A DNA stretch of 64,000 nucleotides from a virus: the IMG/VR virus record IMGVR_UViG_3300042197_002946, positions 64,001 to 128,000 of that record; one strand, 5' to 3'. Position numbers and translations under genes: made by a program. Shown in pieces: positions 1 through 11,337 of the stretch. Position 1 is the first letter of the stretch, and the number at the start of each line of letters is the position of its first letter. The notes beneath the pieces were generated by a model, which saw nothing but the letters and a program-made list of their open reading frames with translations, was not told where the DNA came from and ran no database searches.

Positions 1-3000
1 GGCTTGCCAGGCACTCTTGTTTATTACAGCGGTACTCCGGCAACAGGAGGCAAGGTCCAGCCGATTAGCACCACAGCAGTAGTACAAAATCAAGAATGGT
101 ATTTAAACACTTATTTCTATGAGCCATCAGGATGTAATGTTAGTAGAAGTGGCTTAGTGTTTGATCAATATATGAATGTTGATAAATATGCCGTTATGAC
201 ATTGGACGAACATCGACGCACAGTTATGGGTTATCCAGTAGAAGAGGTAGAGAAACTGATTGCTGCTAATCCTGGTAAAATTGACTATATCCAGAAATTA
301 GTGGATTTGGCTAAAGCTAAAAAGTTTTCTGATGAAAGCCATTTTATTCCTCGTCAATATAATGCTTTATATTTTATCCCAGAATCAACTGCATACAGCA
401 CCCCATCGGCAGACATTGCTAATACTAGTAGCTCCATGGGTACTCATTTGGGTAAAGCAGGACAAGCGCAACAAGCAGTATTTGCTATCGGTCGCCGTAA
501 AACAGACCTATCCCAACCTCTTAATCTAGAAAGAGGAGAGGATGTTGATCAGGACAATAAGCTGTTCCCAGGAGGATTATCTGCTCCACAAACTATTATT
601 TCTACAATACCTAAAAAAGATCTAGCAGGACAAACTAGCTATCTCAGACCCAAGTATAAGTTTAATTATGATGAAATGACTTCGACTTACATGGCTCCAT
701 ATAGCAGTGTAGACGACTCTCAACACCCGCAGTCTGCTTTATTTAATATGGTTAGACCCATGACGGGAACCACAGACACTACCGTTGAAGCTGGTGCTAG
801 ACCAAAAACATATCAAAGTTGGTGGTATTTTGATCCTGCAGATAATACCGGAGGTCAAGGATCTAGACCTCCAGAGTTTAGATATTCCACAATTCAAAGA
901 GCAGTTCCGACAGCTTTTAATTTAGGAAGAGAAGAAATTGACTTTGTAATCTACGGCACCGGATCCAAGTATCCACAAGAACAAGTATCTAAATTCTTAT
1001 TCGGGGATGTTAATCAATACATTACATGGAAGAAAACTGGTTTGGGTAGAGAGGATACAAACTTCCCATTCCTCACAACCGTACCAGCTTTTTATTTTAA
1101 TGCTTCTCTAGGCGCGTTCATGTTACATACAGACAAGCCTGCCTGGATACCAACAAAAGTAGCAACAGATTGTGAACCGTGCGATCCTGTACAGAGTGGT
1201 ATTAATTTTGCTGATCTTACAGTTAGAGGATGGATAGGAACCAGCGGTATTCGTATTGGCCAAGGATATCGCAGAGCATACACAACTAATAATCAAGGAG
1301 AGCTTGTAGAAGCAGTAGACGGTAAGGGTAAGCCGATTTTTGAACCTACAACTGGCATGGTACTAACATCGGATAGCTATGGGTTTGCTGTATGGACACC
1401 GCTTGGGGGAGCGGTAACAACCAATCAGGTATTAACTGCATCAACGGCAGGTGTTCTTTCAGATCAGAGTATAGTTTTAACTGAAGGATCTTTGGATCCT
1501 GTCAGTTCGGTGCCGAACATCGGACTAGAAAGCTTAGAGTCAGATAGTGCCCGATTGTTTAGGGATACAGTAGATGTGACTAATGAAACAACATTAGCAA
1601 ATCCTGTATTAAGATTGCGTGGCGTTACTCGTAATAGTTTATTATTCGCCAAGAATCCTTTACCAAACAGAAGCGATGAGTTTACCAATAAGTTTAACGA
1701 GTCATCTCTGCCAACTAATCCTAACGAGATGAATATCGACGGAACAGAGAATTTATTCTACTATGGTTATACTAATGCCCTTGCAGGTCTTTTATCTTAT
1801 AATTCAGAATCTCAAACAACAGAAATCCTAATCGACGGAGATGCTACAAGAAGATTTAATATTAATGATATTGTAAGAGTCTATTATAAATATATGACGG
1901 TAGTTCAAAATCAAAGCGTAGAAGTTTCTACTATTGAACGAGCTAGAGTCGTCGGTATATACACAGTCAGATTAACAGAAACTATCAATGGTAGATCATC
2001 TAGAACTAGCGTTGTATTAGACAAATCATTATCTAATGTTGCAGAGTCCACGTATTTGTTGGATTCAACAGCAGAACTACGTAGAGTAGCTGTTATTTCT
2101 CAAACTATAGGTGGTTATCTTACATTTAATTTCCCAGGCACAAATCCTGATATTGTTATAAGCAATAGAGAGCATATAGACACAGCTTTTAATAGTAATG
2201 GTAAATTTACTAATTTTGGTATATACGGCTCTCGTAGTGGTATGTTGACCCCAACTCTATTATATGGGGAAACGATTACTAATAGTATCCAGATTAAAGA
2301 CAAAACACCATTTGTATATGGCTATGAAACTAGATCGATTGATAATGTATCAACGTCTTTAGAAAAAGACATCAATAGTAATTTATATTATCATTATAAT
2401 TTAAATGGGTTATATATCCAGGGCACATACGATGAAGAATCAAGTACTCTCACAATGACTAGCGTTGATGATATTGTTACTGGAGACATTATTGAAATAG
2501 TTTATGATAATAATCAAGACACTAAAGCTTTAGTTAAAAATATTAATGATAAAACATTGACTATATCCTTTAAAGATATTAATTTGGGTATGCTAGAAAA
2601 CAAAATAGGAAACATTGCTCGCAATAATAATGGCGGCATATTAAATAATAATTTTAAAGTAAGAGTAATAAAGAGACAGCTATCCAAGACTGCTAGTGTT
2701 GTGAATGGGTCAATGGTTATTAAGGCTGAGGATCAAGTTCCACTATATGCTGATTTTGCTGTTAGAGGATTAACATATACAGATGGATTAATGCTGGGGC
2801 ATAACGACAACGGCAATAATCCTATTATTAAAGACCAGTCTATACTATACAGTAATCATGGCTTGGTATCCGGCAGTAATTTACGTTATGTTGATGTTAC
2901 AGCTCTTAATACTCATCAAACATATAAAACCTTAGTTTTTAATGAAGAACAACCAAGAGTATTGTCTCTGGATAAATATAGAGACAAACCATTAGAGCCT

Positions 3001-3201
3001 GTTAGTTCTAACAATCCAGAGAAAATTGCTCCGGTATTTGCTCATTTCAGCATGTACGGATCTGTGTATGCCGAACATATGAGTGTTGACACATTGAATA
3101 AATTTAATACTATTGATGGTGGAGTAGTTAAGTTTAGAGGATCTTGTGCTAATTTTAATAATGTTTGTATAGAGTCTGACCTTCCACCACCTCCAGGTTA
3201 A
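1..3201 (+). CDS. Large putative virion structural/tail-fibre-associated protein, 5' truncated by window edge
   Basis: >1065 aa open frame from the window start; beta-rich composition; ends in CANFNNVC...PPPPG; first of a run of tightly packed giant + strand ORFs. Confidence 0.6.
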   Translation, partial: GLPGTLVYYSGTPATGGKVQPISTTAVVQNQEWYLNTYFYEPSGCNVSRSGLVFDQYMNVDKYAVMTLDEHRRTVMGYPVEEVEKLIAANPGKIDYIQKLVDLAKAKKFSDESHFIPRQYNALYFIPESTAYSTPSADIANTSSSMGTHLGKAGQAQQAVFAIGRRKTDLSQPLNLERGEDVDQDNKLFPGGLSAPQTIISTIPKKDLAGQTSYLRPKYKFNYDEMTSTYMAPYSSVDDSQHPQSALFNMVRPMTGTTDTTVEAGARPKTYQSWWYFDPADNTGGQGSRPPEFRYSTIQRAVPTAFNLGREEIDFVIYGTGSKYPQEQVSKFLFGDVNQYITWKKTGLGREDTNFPFLTTVPAFYFNASLGAFMLHTDKPAWIPTKVATDCEPCDPVQSGINFADLTVRGWIGTSGIRIGQGYRRAYTTNNQGELVEAVDGKGKPIFEPTTGMVLTSDSYGFAVWTPLGGAVTTNQVLTASTAGVLSDQSIVLTEGSLDPVSSVPNIGLESLESDSARLFRDTVDVTNETTLANPVLRLRGVTRNSLLFAKNPLPNRSDEFTNKFNESSLPTNPNEMNIDGTENLFYYGYTNALAGLLSYNSESQTTEILIDGDATRRFNINDIVRVYYKYMTVVQNQSVEVSTIERARVVGIYTVRLTETINGRSSRTSVVLDKSLSNVAESTYLLDSTAELRRVAVISQTIGGYLTFNFPGTNPDIVISNREHIDTAFNSNGKFTNFGIYGSRSGMLTPTLLYGETITNSIQIKDKTPFVYGYETRSIDNVSTSLEKDINSNLYYHYNLNGLYIQGTYDEESSTLTMTSVDDIVTGDIIEIVYDNNQDTKALVKNINDKTLTISFKDINLGMLENKIGNIARNNNGGILNNNFKVRVIKRQLSKTASVVNGSMVIKAEDQVPLYADFAVRGLTYTDGLMLGHNDNGNNPIIKDQSILYSNHGLVSGSNLRYVDVTALNTHQTYKTLVFNEEQPRVLSLDKYRDKPLEPVSSNNPEKIAPVFAHFSMYGSVYAEHMSVDTLNKFNTIDGGVVKFRGSCANFNNVCIESDLPPPPG

Positions 3202-3216
3202 TCATAGGGTGTAAAT

Positions 3217-3867
3217 ATGCCATTTCCAAAAAACACTATCGTTCCAAAATTTGCTAATAGTAATAGAGATATTGTGGATACTAGTGTAGAAACAGAAATT
3301 CCTGACTATACTGCCAATATTAATGGTTTTGTTCCGTTTTCTAATCGCATTATCTTAAAAAGAGATGAAACTACTACTAATCATCCTTGTCCTGATGATC
3401 TTGCTGTTGGCGAATTAGTATTAAATGCAATTACAGGCAATTTATATACCAAATTAGTGTCTGGTCAGGTCGTTTATTATCCTGGCATACTAGTTTGTGT
3501 GGGCAAAGAGGGCGTGGGATCTAATACGTTTGGAACAGCTATCTCAGTCCCAGAAACATATGTCGAAGATACATTTACTGTATCTTTGTATGGAATAACT
3601 TTATCAACAGCTAAAGGCAATGAGATCAGATTCAATCCAGTGTCCGATATTACGCAGGGGTTCCCGTCCTCATTTTCTCTATTGTATTCAAGTGATAATA
3701 CTTCCTATTTTGAAATAGGTCGAATCACAGTAGTAGGAGATTATATCAATGCTAATTTTGAATTTGTGTATAAAGATAATGAGAACGCTAAACCCTTAAA
3801 AGGACAGTTTAAAATTGGTCTATATGATAATAAATCTTTGGGTTTCCTCAAAATAGAAGCTATTTAA
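3217..3867 (+). CDS. Tail-fibre attachment-type protein
   Basis: RIILKRDETTTNHPCPDDLAVGELVLNAITGNLYTK resembles the 'I.LKR....P....L..GEL..N....LY.K' N-terminal motif of phage tail fibres. Confidence 0.6.
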   Translation: MPFPKNTIVPKFANSNRDIVDTSVETEIPDYTANINGFVPFSNRIILKRDETTTNHPCPDDLAVGELVLNAITGNLYTKLVSGQVVYYPGILVCVGKEGVGSNTFGTAISVPETYVEDTFTVSLYGITLSTAKGNEIRFNPVSDITQGFPSSFSLLYSSDNTSYFEIGRITVVGDYINANFEFVYKDNENAKPLKGQFKIGLYDNKSLGFLKIEAI

Positions 3868-3870
3868 AAT

Positions 3871-5409
3871 ATGCTAAATACACACCAAATTACTAAAAAG
3901 AGACTTATAACAACGTACAAGGGGGCTGAGCCCTTCAGATTAACAGCAGATTATGTACGTGAAGATAATGTTGATATAGCCAATCAGGATTTCTCGCTTT
4001 TTGCAGAGAATGACCTTGTTTTATTGGAAGGACAAGATAATCCAAATGAAAATGGCTTATATTTATTCACTGATGGCGCTCTGACCACATACTATCCAGA
4101 GTTCTTTGAGAAAATAGATAAAATTTATGCTATAGATGAAAAAGAAGGAATATCTTCCTATGTTGGCTTTTTTGGAGTAGGAGACCCCCTTAATCAACTG
4201 CACCATATACATCCTGGCCAGGGTTTAATTATTATCACCAAACTAGATGCCATATTACCATTTGATTGGTATACTTATGAAACCAATATTTTACCAGCTA
4301 TTAATATAGATCATAATATTACAAAAAGTAATTTTGCTAATTTATTGTTTTCTGCTAGCGACGGCATGGATGATGAGTATACGGTAGACTTAAGATTTCA
4401 TGACTATAGACCAGTAGTATTAACGTCTAGAATTTCCGGATCTTCAGACCAGCAACAATATTTATTGAGAGTTGATTTAGTAAGTTGTCCTGATCCTGAA
4501 TATATTAATGTTGTTAATAAAGTAGTATTAGATAGACATGAATTATCATTGAGTGGCAGTCCATCCAAGTTTGTAGTTAGTCCAGAAGTACTATCAAATA
4601 AATTCAGGGGATCCTTAAGACCCAATGATGTTGTATGGGTAACGAATAAAGATTTCGGAGTAGAAGGCTTGTATTTATATGATGGATATACTGATTTTCA
4701 TAAACTATCCAATTCAGACTATATTATTAGAACTAAAAAATATATTATAGAAGAATCTCAAAAAATTATTAATAGTATTCCAGAAGACTTTTATGTTAAT
4801 TATATTTTAAATATCGGATATCCAGGACATTATGATGTTTATCTGGTGTTGGAAAATGCGTCATCTGGAACTATAGTATCTGAAGACCATTATTGTTTTC
4901 ATGTAAAGCAAATTACTAATCTACCAACGCCAACTCCAACAGTGACTCCTACACTACCTATTCACTCAGTATCCTTTGATGATGGTAGTTATCTCAAAGT
5001 TGATAATTGCGAAAGTTGCGCCAAGATTTTTGTGGGAGCATCCGCTTTTGGTTTGCTCTCTGACGCCAACTACTATTATCAGTTTGAAGTATTTACTAAA
5101 GGAGAATCTTTGCCTCGTGATCTAGATACCGATACTGGCACATCGTTTGAGCCACGAGAAGGATTCTTATCAACGGGATTATCTTCTGAAAAATTTGGAA
5201 CTTATGTGACTACAGCAGACAAAACTCGCACAATTATTTCTGTAAAGCTAACTAATCTTGATACTGGAGTATCGGCTACGTCATATTTAACATTAGCAGT
5301 ATGTGATGAGAATTACTGTGCTCCAGAAGTTACTCCTACGGTAACTCCCACAACCACTAGAGTTCAATACGCTCCCAGACCCACTCCAACACCAAAAGTC
5401 GGATCATAA
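3871..5409 (+). CDS. Putative virion protein with short PT linkers; paralog of 16568..17749
   Basis: [17 protein letters not shown] matches the 'VLvk.Q....ENGiY' phage structural motif; KIDKIY...LPFDWY block shared with 16568 ORF; [10 protein letters not shown] linkers. Confidence 0.55.
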   Translation: MLNTHQITKKRLITTYKGAEPFRLTADYVREDNVDIANQDFSLFAENDLVLLEGQDNPNENGLYLFTDGALTTYYPEFFEKIDKIYAIDEKEGISSYVGFFGVGDPLNQLHHIHPGQGLIIITKLDAILPFDWYTYETNILPAINIDHNITKSNFANLLFSASDGMDDEYTVDLRFHDYRPVVLTSRISGSSDQQQYLLRVDLVSCPDPEYINVVNKVVLDRHELSLSGSPSKFVVSPEVLSNKFRGSLRPNDVVWVTNKDFGVEGLYLYDGYTDFHKLSNSDYIIRTKKYIIEESQKIINSIPEDFYVNYILNIGYPGHYDVYLVLENASSGTIVSEDHYCFHVKQITNLPTPTPTVTPTLPIHSVSFDDGSYLKVDNCESCAKIFVGASAFGLLSDANYYYQFEVFTKGESLPRDLDTDTGTSFEPREGFLSTGLSSEKFGTYVTTADKTRTIISVKLTNLDTGVSATSYLTLAVCDENYCAPEVTPTVTPTTTRVQYAPRPTPTPKVGS

Positions 5410-5411
5410 TT

Positions 5412-8400
5412 ATGAGCACAACAGCACAACAAAGACTTGATCTATTATTTAGCCCTGCTAATAATATAGATAGAACATCAGTTGGGACTGTATTGCCTAG
5501 ACATCCTTCTGTTGGTATTAATGTAGGCATTAAAGCACTTAATAGTTCGGTGAATATACAACCATCTAATATATTTTATTCTAATGGTCAAAAACCATAT
5601 TTAGTATATTCGGACAAAGTAGTTGATATAGATAGCAATAGACTACCATTGATCACCAAAGAATGGTATAAAACATTAGTGCTTCTGTACAAAGATATGA
5701 TTACAACCTATGTTAGGAATCTTATAAAAACAAGACAATCGCTCCCTACATCATTTGATATTATACACTCGCAGTTTAGAGCCAAAATTAACAATCTGGA
5801 TCCTTTATTAATTCCATCAATAGCTCTTAATACTCTAAATTTGACAGAAGGTGTTGATGTTATCCTAACTCCAAGACCTAGCTTATCTGCTCGTGAAAGA
5901 ATAGATTCTATCCTTAAATTAGGACAAGTTAGTCCAGAAGGAGGGTCTTTGATTGCAGAAACCTCTGGAGGAGTAGGCTTAAGAGTAGACTCGATTCAAT
6001 TTCATTCTAAGAATGTTACGTTTTTAGACATATTGACTCAAGAATATTTGCCCCTGCAACATCCAACATTGGGTAGGATATCATCAGGTACTTTAACCGA
6101 TGTCCTAACATTATTTATAAATGCCTTACATAACAGTATCAGATCTATGGATGTTATATATGATAATGATGTTTATCAGTGGATGTTAAACTATTCCAGA
6201 AGTCGTGGTATATCAAATATTTCTCCGGAGGCAAATTTAAAATGGATGGAGCCGAAAGAATTAGGTAAACTTCCTGTTAGATTAGGAGAAATAAAGGTAG
6301 ATTTAAATTATGACTTTTTGAAGAGCCGAACTACATCGACGTTGACCTCATCTGTGTCCACAGGACAAAGTTTACAAAACAATACTGTGAGAGGTATAGA
6401 TTCTACTGGTGCTATTTATATTACAAACTTAGCTTACGCGGAAAATCAACCTCAAACTAACGAATTTACAAATATATCTGGTTTAAACGCTATAAATATC
6501 AGGCCAGATAATTTTCGTGGACTAGGAGGTAGTGGACAAAGGGCTTTAATCAAAACTATCATTATTTATAGAGGATCTAGACAGGCAGCTGGCAATATTC
6601 CATTTATTACTGGATTGCAATCTGGGGCTGTGAGAACAGCCGGCCGCAACATTTCTTTCGGCGGGAGTGGTGTCCATTCTAATTGGAAAAATGGTAATGA
6701 TAATGCTTGTTATTTAAATATAGCTAGATTAGAGACAAATCCTACTAAATACATGTTCTACATTGATTTTTTCATTAATGCTAGCCAAGAATATGTATAC
6801 AACGGATGGGGCTTTAAGGGTATCCAGAGAGAGACCGTAGATTTTGTTCCTTTTGAGCCAATCAGATTATCTAACTTTGGCACCCATAAACTTATCGATC
6901 CCTCAACTAATAAGTGGACAGACATTAATCTAGATAGACTAACACTATATTTGCATTATATTACTCCTAGACTATTACGTCAGTCTGGAGCAAATCTCAT
7001 TAGCTACACTCCTGAGACAGCAGAAAATTATATGCACACGATGGTGTTGTCGGACCAGCCATTGGGTTTAGGGTCTATAGCGGGAGTTACCAAAGTTAAT
7101 GATTTGTCTAAGCCGAGAACGGTAGGTTTTGTCGTAGGTGCAGAAACAGCCACTATTTATGGATGCAATCCTTTCAGCGAAAAATCTTTTGCTACACAAC
7201 CGCAATTAAATTCTATAGCCAGATTTTTAGGTGCAGAAACTGGTTCTCAAGTGGAATTAATGATCTATCCTGTTGGTCTCGCCAATAGTGTACCTGCTAA
7301 TTTTGGCTTCAGATTATATCCATCAGACCCTCCGTCTCCAGCAGCAAATGATTTGATGGTCTATGTGCATATGAAAAAATATGTACCAGCTAGAAATGTA
7401 GTTATTTATACTACTTCACAACCGACACCAACTCCTACATCCACAACGCCTAGAAGAATAGTTCCTGTTAATCCTCCATCATCTACTACTGGCAGAGATC
7501 CTACACCTACTCGAACTCCTACACAGACTAATTTACCAGTTTTAACTCCTCTAGTATCTAATCCTTTTGGTAATATGCCAGCCAAATCAAGTAGCAGATT
7601 TTCTACTAGAAGAAATACTGTTAGATTTGATATTTCTGTTGGACCATTACCCCTGGGCACTTCTTATCCGTATACTTCATATTTTTATGATTTACAACCA
7701 GGAGAAAGTGATTATAATGGATATAGTGTTATCAAAAATAATACTGCTATATACCATCCTTTCGCAGATAGATTAACAAGGGTATCGACCGTGTCTACAA
7801 GCGGTAGAGTGATTCTATCTCGAATGACAGAAAATGGACAGACCTACTACAGAGCATCTTTAAATATTTCCTATAGCAATACCGGAATAGAGCCTTCAGC
7901 TACTAATCCAGTCAGTTTTAAACTTCTGCTATACAGGGCTGTAACGCAGCAGCTATCTACGGGCTCACAAATCGTAGTGGATAGCAGAACTCCTATTGCA
8001 ATAGGCGAAGCAACTATTGTTCCTGAAGGTGTCGATCTTAATAGTATTCCTCCCACCCCAACTCGTCCTAATGATCCTATATATGTTAATATAACAGTAA
8101 CTGAACCAGATAGTAAATATAGAAATATTCAAGCTGTTAGATCTGGTTTCTTTACAGAGAATAAATCTCTTAGTTTCTTATCCAGTAATATTCCTTATCT
8201 CAATAGTATCGCTAGATATTTGGGTGCTGAAACCGGAGACTCTGTAAGATTAATGATTCGTAGTAGTTCATTGTCTCCGTATATTATGGAAAGTATATCT
8301 CAGTCCCAAACTATCAATAAAGTAACAGCCCAAGCTACTTCTTTATATGGAGCTGAGCTTTTTTCTGTATCTATTAGTACAGAGGCTCAAGCCATAGCTC

Positions 8401-9437
8401 CTACACCCACCCCGACACCAACTATTACTCCATCTATTACTGCTACTAGCACTCAAACGCCAACCTCTACATATTCCCCCACTCCAACTACGACTATTAC
8501 TCTAACAGGCACTGCAACCAGTACTCCTACTCAGACTCCCACCAGTACTCCTACTCCAACGAATACCCAGACTCCGACATCTACTGTTTCGTTGACTCCT
8601 ACAAATACATCTACCCCCACCCCTACAATTACTCCTACTAATAGTCCATTTTATGAGGCAACGCAAACTCCTACTCCTACTAATACATCTACTATAACTG
8701 TGACTCCTACGACAACGCCTACTCAAACACCTAGCACATCTCCTACCAATACTCCGACACCATCGTTATCTGTTAGTCCTTCTCCGACAGTCACGCAAAC
8801 TCCTACCAATACTCCCACAGCATCCATAACAAGAACACCAACACCAACATCGACAATTACAGTTACTCCCACTAATACCTCAACTGTTACCCCAACAGCT
8901 ACTCCGACATTAACACTCACATCGACCTTAACAAGTACTCCCACATCTTCCCAAACACCAACAGCCACAACCACAGTATCTCTAAGTGTTTCATCAACAG
9001 TCACTCCTACTCCAACGACCACTATTACTGAAACTCCTTTATTGGCTATTTCCCCAACACCCACACAAACACCTACATCTACAATAACAACTACTCCAAC
9101 AACCACGCCTACTCTAACTGAGAGCCCAACACCCACAGCTACTCCTTCTCAAACACAAACGCTAACAAGCACACCAACCAATACCGTCACACCAACGCCG
9201 ACTATTACTGATAGTCCTACCCCCACACCAACCAATACCCTAACTGCTACAGTTACTCCCACAGTCACTAGAACGGCTACAGCAACTCCATCTATAACGC
9301 CAAGTCATTCACCCACACCGTCTACTAGTGCATCAAATATTGATACTGCTGTTCAGTGGGGTGTTGATTCATCAGCAGACATTATTGTTAATATTAATGC
9401 CAACAAGTCGTGTCAGTGCGACAATACAGGAATATAA
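5412..9437 (+). CDS. Mucin-like virion/surface protein with ~310-aa Thr/Pro/Ser tract
   Basis: 1341 aa ORF; internal repeat LNSIAR[FY]LGAETG; C-terminal TPT tract followed by SCQC cap. Confidence 0.65.
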   Translation: MSTTAQQRLDLLFSPANNIDRTSVGTVLPRHPSVGINVGIKALNSSVNIQPSNIFYSNGQKPYLVYSDKVVDIDSNRLPLITKEWYKTLVLLYKDMITTYVRNLIKTRQSLPTSFDIIHSQFRAKINNLDPLLIPSIALNTLNLTEGVDVILTPRPSLSARERIDSILKLGQVSPEGGSLIAETSGGVGLRVDSIQFHSKNVTFLDILTQEYLPLQHPTLGRISSGTLTDVLTLFINALHNSIRSMDVIYDNDVYQWMLNYSRSRGISNISPEANLKWMEPKELGKLPVRLGEIKVDLNYDFLKSRTTSTLTSSVSTGQSLQNNTVRGIDSTGAIYITNLAYAENQPQTNEFTNISGLNAINIRPDNFRGLGGSGQRALIKTIIIYRGSRQAAGNIPFITGLQSGAVRTAGRNISFGGSGVHSNWKNGNDNACYLNIARLETNPTKYMFYIDFFINASQEYVYNGWGFKGIQRETVDFVPFEPIRLSNFGTHKLIDPSTNKWTDINLDRLTLYLHYITPRLLRQSGANLISYTPETAENYMHTMVLSDQPLGLGSIAGVTKVNDLSKPRTVGFVVGAETATIYGCNPFSEKSFATQPQLNSIARFLGAETGSQVELMIYPVGLANSVPANFGFRLYPSDPPSPAANDLMVYVHMKKYVPARNVVIYTTSQPTPTPTSTTPRRIVPVNPPSSTTGRDPTPTRTPTQTNLPVLTPLVSNPFGNMPAKSSSRFSTRRNTVRFDISVGPLPLGTSYPYTSYFYDLQPGESDYNGYSVIKNNTAIYHPFADRLTRVSTVSTSGRVILSRMTENGQTYYRASLNISYSNTGIEPSATNPVSFKLLLYRAVTQQLSTGSQIVVDSRTPIAIGEATIVPEGVDLNSIPPTPTRPNDPIYVNITVTEPDSKYRNIQAVRSGFFTENKSLSFLSSNIPYLNSIARYLGAETGDSVRLMIRSSSLSPYIMESISQSQTINKVTAQATSLYGAELFSVSISTEAQAIAPTPTPTPTITPSITATSTQTPTSTYSPTPTTTITLTGTATSTPTQTPTSTPTPTNTQTPTSTVSLTPTNTSTPTPTITPTNSPFYEATQTPTPTNTSTITVTPTTTPTQTPSTSPTNTPTPSLSVSPSPTVTQTPTNTPTASITRTPTPTSTITVTPTNTSTVTPTATPTLTLTSTLTSTPTSSQTPTATTTVSLSVSSTVTPTPTTTITETPLLAISPTPTQTPTSTITTTPTTTPTLTESPTPTATPSQTQTLTSTPTNTVTPTPTITDSPTPTPTNTLTATVTPTVTRTATATPSITPSHSPTPSTSASNIDTAVQWGVDSSADIIVNINANKSCQCDNTGI
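8400..9330 (+). repeat. Thr/Pro/Ser-rich low-complexity coding repeat (TPTxT)
   Basis: [23 protein letters not shown]...SHSPTPSTS; synonymously diverged ACN/CCN codons; exact CTCCTACCAATACTCC at 8740 and 8800. Confidence 0.9.
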
Positions 9438-9439
9438 TT

Positions 9440-11329
9440 ATGTCTATACTAAATAATGTAGATTATTATTTAAACTATAATAAAATTGACGAATACCAAA
9501 ACATACTCAAAGATGCTGAAACACCACTATATGAATATACAGCCAATGATGTTTTACCAATTTCTTTATATCCCACATATTTAAATTCATCAAATAAATC
9601 GATTTTAGACAGCTCTTTGATCGATAATATTCGAAATAATTATAGTGAACAGTTTTTGGATATTGTTTTTCCAGAAATTACAGATATTGATGGTTCTATA
9701 GTTATAGGATTTAATTTTCTGATGCATTATACGGACTTTGGTGGGTTAGCTTCTCAAGATACGGGCGATCTTTCGTCATCTTTACAGTCCTTATGTGCAG
9801 ACAATAGTTATGTTTTTGGATGTTTTCCTTTTATGCCCAATATGAAACTACAATATCAATCATCGGATAATGGAGAATTTTTTGATTTACCGGGAGGAGA
9901 ATTGGTTACACCAGCCACTGTGGCCAGAGGAATCAATTCAGTCATAGGACTAAATAGAGAAAATTATTCTCAGTATATTAATGATGTAGTTGGAGAAGAT
10001 ATTTCACTCATGTTATTGAATAATCAAGAACTGCAAATTCCCAGCCTACCAGTATCAAATATGATTTTGGGTAAAAAAAAGAATATTATAGTATACCCGG
10101 ACCCCTTGTCAATTTATACTCAATCCTATAATAATACAACATCCAAAGTAGTAGTATACGATCCTAATACGGCTCTGTCTCTCAAGAGAATATCTAATAC
10201 TAATTTAAAGAGTATCAATAATATCATTATTAATATTTCAGAATATTTACGTGTAAAAACTCTAAGATTAAAAATTTCTGGTTATTATGGTTTTCAATGC
10301 AATATTGGTAGTTTTTATGTTCAAAATATAGCCTATGATCCTATAGTATACCAAACTTCCACTGGATATATTCAAACCAGAATACAAAAATTACAGGATA
10401 TTAATATTTTTACCAAACAAGAAGATTCTACGATGCTAGGCTTGTCGGACAGCAAGGTCGCAGTAGCTGCTGAATTATCATGGGTAGGTCCGGATGTTGC
10501 CAGTGACAATGATCGTTTAGCTTATGTTGTTGAGCCTGTAGTATCTAAGGGAATAGATTATAGCGAAATAGTTATACGAGGTTCTAATAATGAGAATCCT
10601 CTTACCGATACTGTTGACATAGACGGTGTGGCTACATCGCTACTATATATAGCAGATGAAAATGCTATTACCGACGATCCTTCTGTGAGAATACTTTATA
10701 TTCATAATATTATCGTAGATAAGTCTTACTTTATTGCTAATAACCTACCCACTCTGAGTTTTAATATAAAAGTATATAGCTTAAATTCTTTAAGGCCCGA
10801 ATATATAAAAACTATTAATTTTTCTATAGATAATTATGATGAGGCGGTGTCAGTTTATACCGTACCAGATGCTGTACATATTTCTGAGACATATAGCGAT
10901 GCTGAAAAAGAGCAAATTAAAACTTTATTAAATGGTTATATTAATCCTTTAACAAATTCTGAATTTAAAGCTGAGGACTTTGACTCTGAAAATTTATCTA
11001 GATTGCCTATTTGGATAACTAGTCAAATTTATGAATTTCCATCTTTGGATCCTGTGGCGCGAGATATTACCCTAGATTTGCCTAAAAATACCAATGAAGG
11101 ACAAACAATATCTTTAATACCCACGACCAATTTATGTTTGATAGGACTAGATAGTAGTCAATATTTTGACTCTGAAACATTAACTTTTTTACTAGAGAAT
11201 AGTGACGATAGTGTAAATACATTACAGGATAATACTGTTTATTGGTTTGTATTAAGGGCTGCGGAATCATCGGACTATCTGACCACATTATTTCTGCATA
11301 AAATTATAGTACAACAAAATAACGACTAG
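9440..11329 (+). CDS. Hypothetical structural protein (probable start ATG 9440)
   Basis: ~630 aa ORF; ATG lies 2 nt after the upstream TAA, preferred over the overlapping GTG at 9410. Confidence 0.5.
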   Translation: MSILNNVDYYLNYNKIDEYQNILKDAETPLYEYTANDVLPISLYPTYLNSSNKSILDSSLIDNIRNNYSEQFLDIVFPEITDIDGSIVIGFNFLMHYTDFGGLASQDTGDLSSSLQSLCADNSYVFGCFPFMPNMKLQYQSSDNGEFFDLPGGELVTPATVARGINSVIGLNRENYSQYINDVVGEDISLMLLNNQELQIPSLPVSNMILGKKKNIIVYPDPLSIYTQSYNNTTSKVVVYDPNTALSLKRISNTNLKSINNIIINISEYLRVKTLRLKISGYYGFQCNIGSFYVQNIAYDPIVYQTSTGYIQTRIQKLQDINIFTKQEDSTMLGLSDSKVAVAAELSWVGPDVASDNDRLAYVVEPVVSKGIDYSEIVIRGSNNENPLTDTVDIDGVATSLLYIADENAITDDPSVRILYIHNIIVDKSYFIANNLPTLSFNIKVYSLNSLRPEYIKTINFSIDNYDEAVSVYTVPDAVHISETYSDAEKEQIKTLLNGYINPLTNSEFKAEDFDSENLSRLPIWITSQIYEFPSLDPVARDITLDLPKNTNEGQTISLIPTTNLCLIGLDSSQYFDSETLTFLLENSDDSVNTLQDNTVYWFVLRAAESSDYLTTLFLHKIIVQQNND

Positions 11330-11337
11330 GTTTATTT

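Noticed and set aside
8502-9136. Val/Gly-rich minus-strand ORFs (also 7406-7660, 12456-12834, 21121-21369, 26802-27176)
   Set aside because: Antisense shadows of ACN/CCN codon tracts, which lack stops on the opposite strand; fully inside long + genes.
8400-9330. Repeats as a CRISPR array or VNTR
   Set aside because: No constant repeat-spacer period; in-frame coding with synonymous variation.
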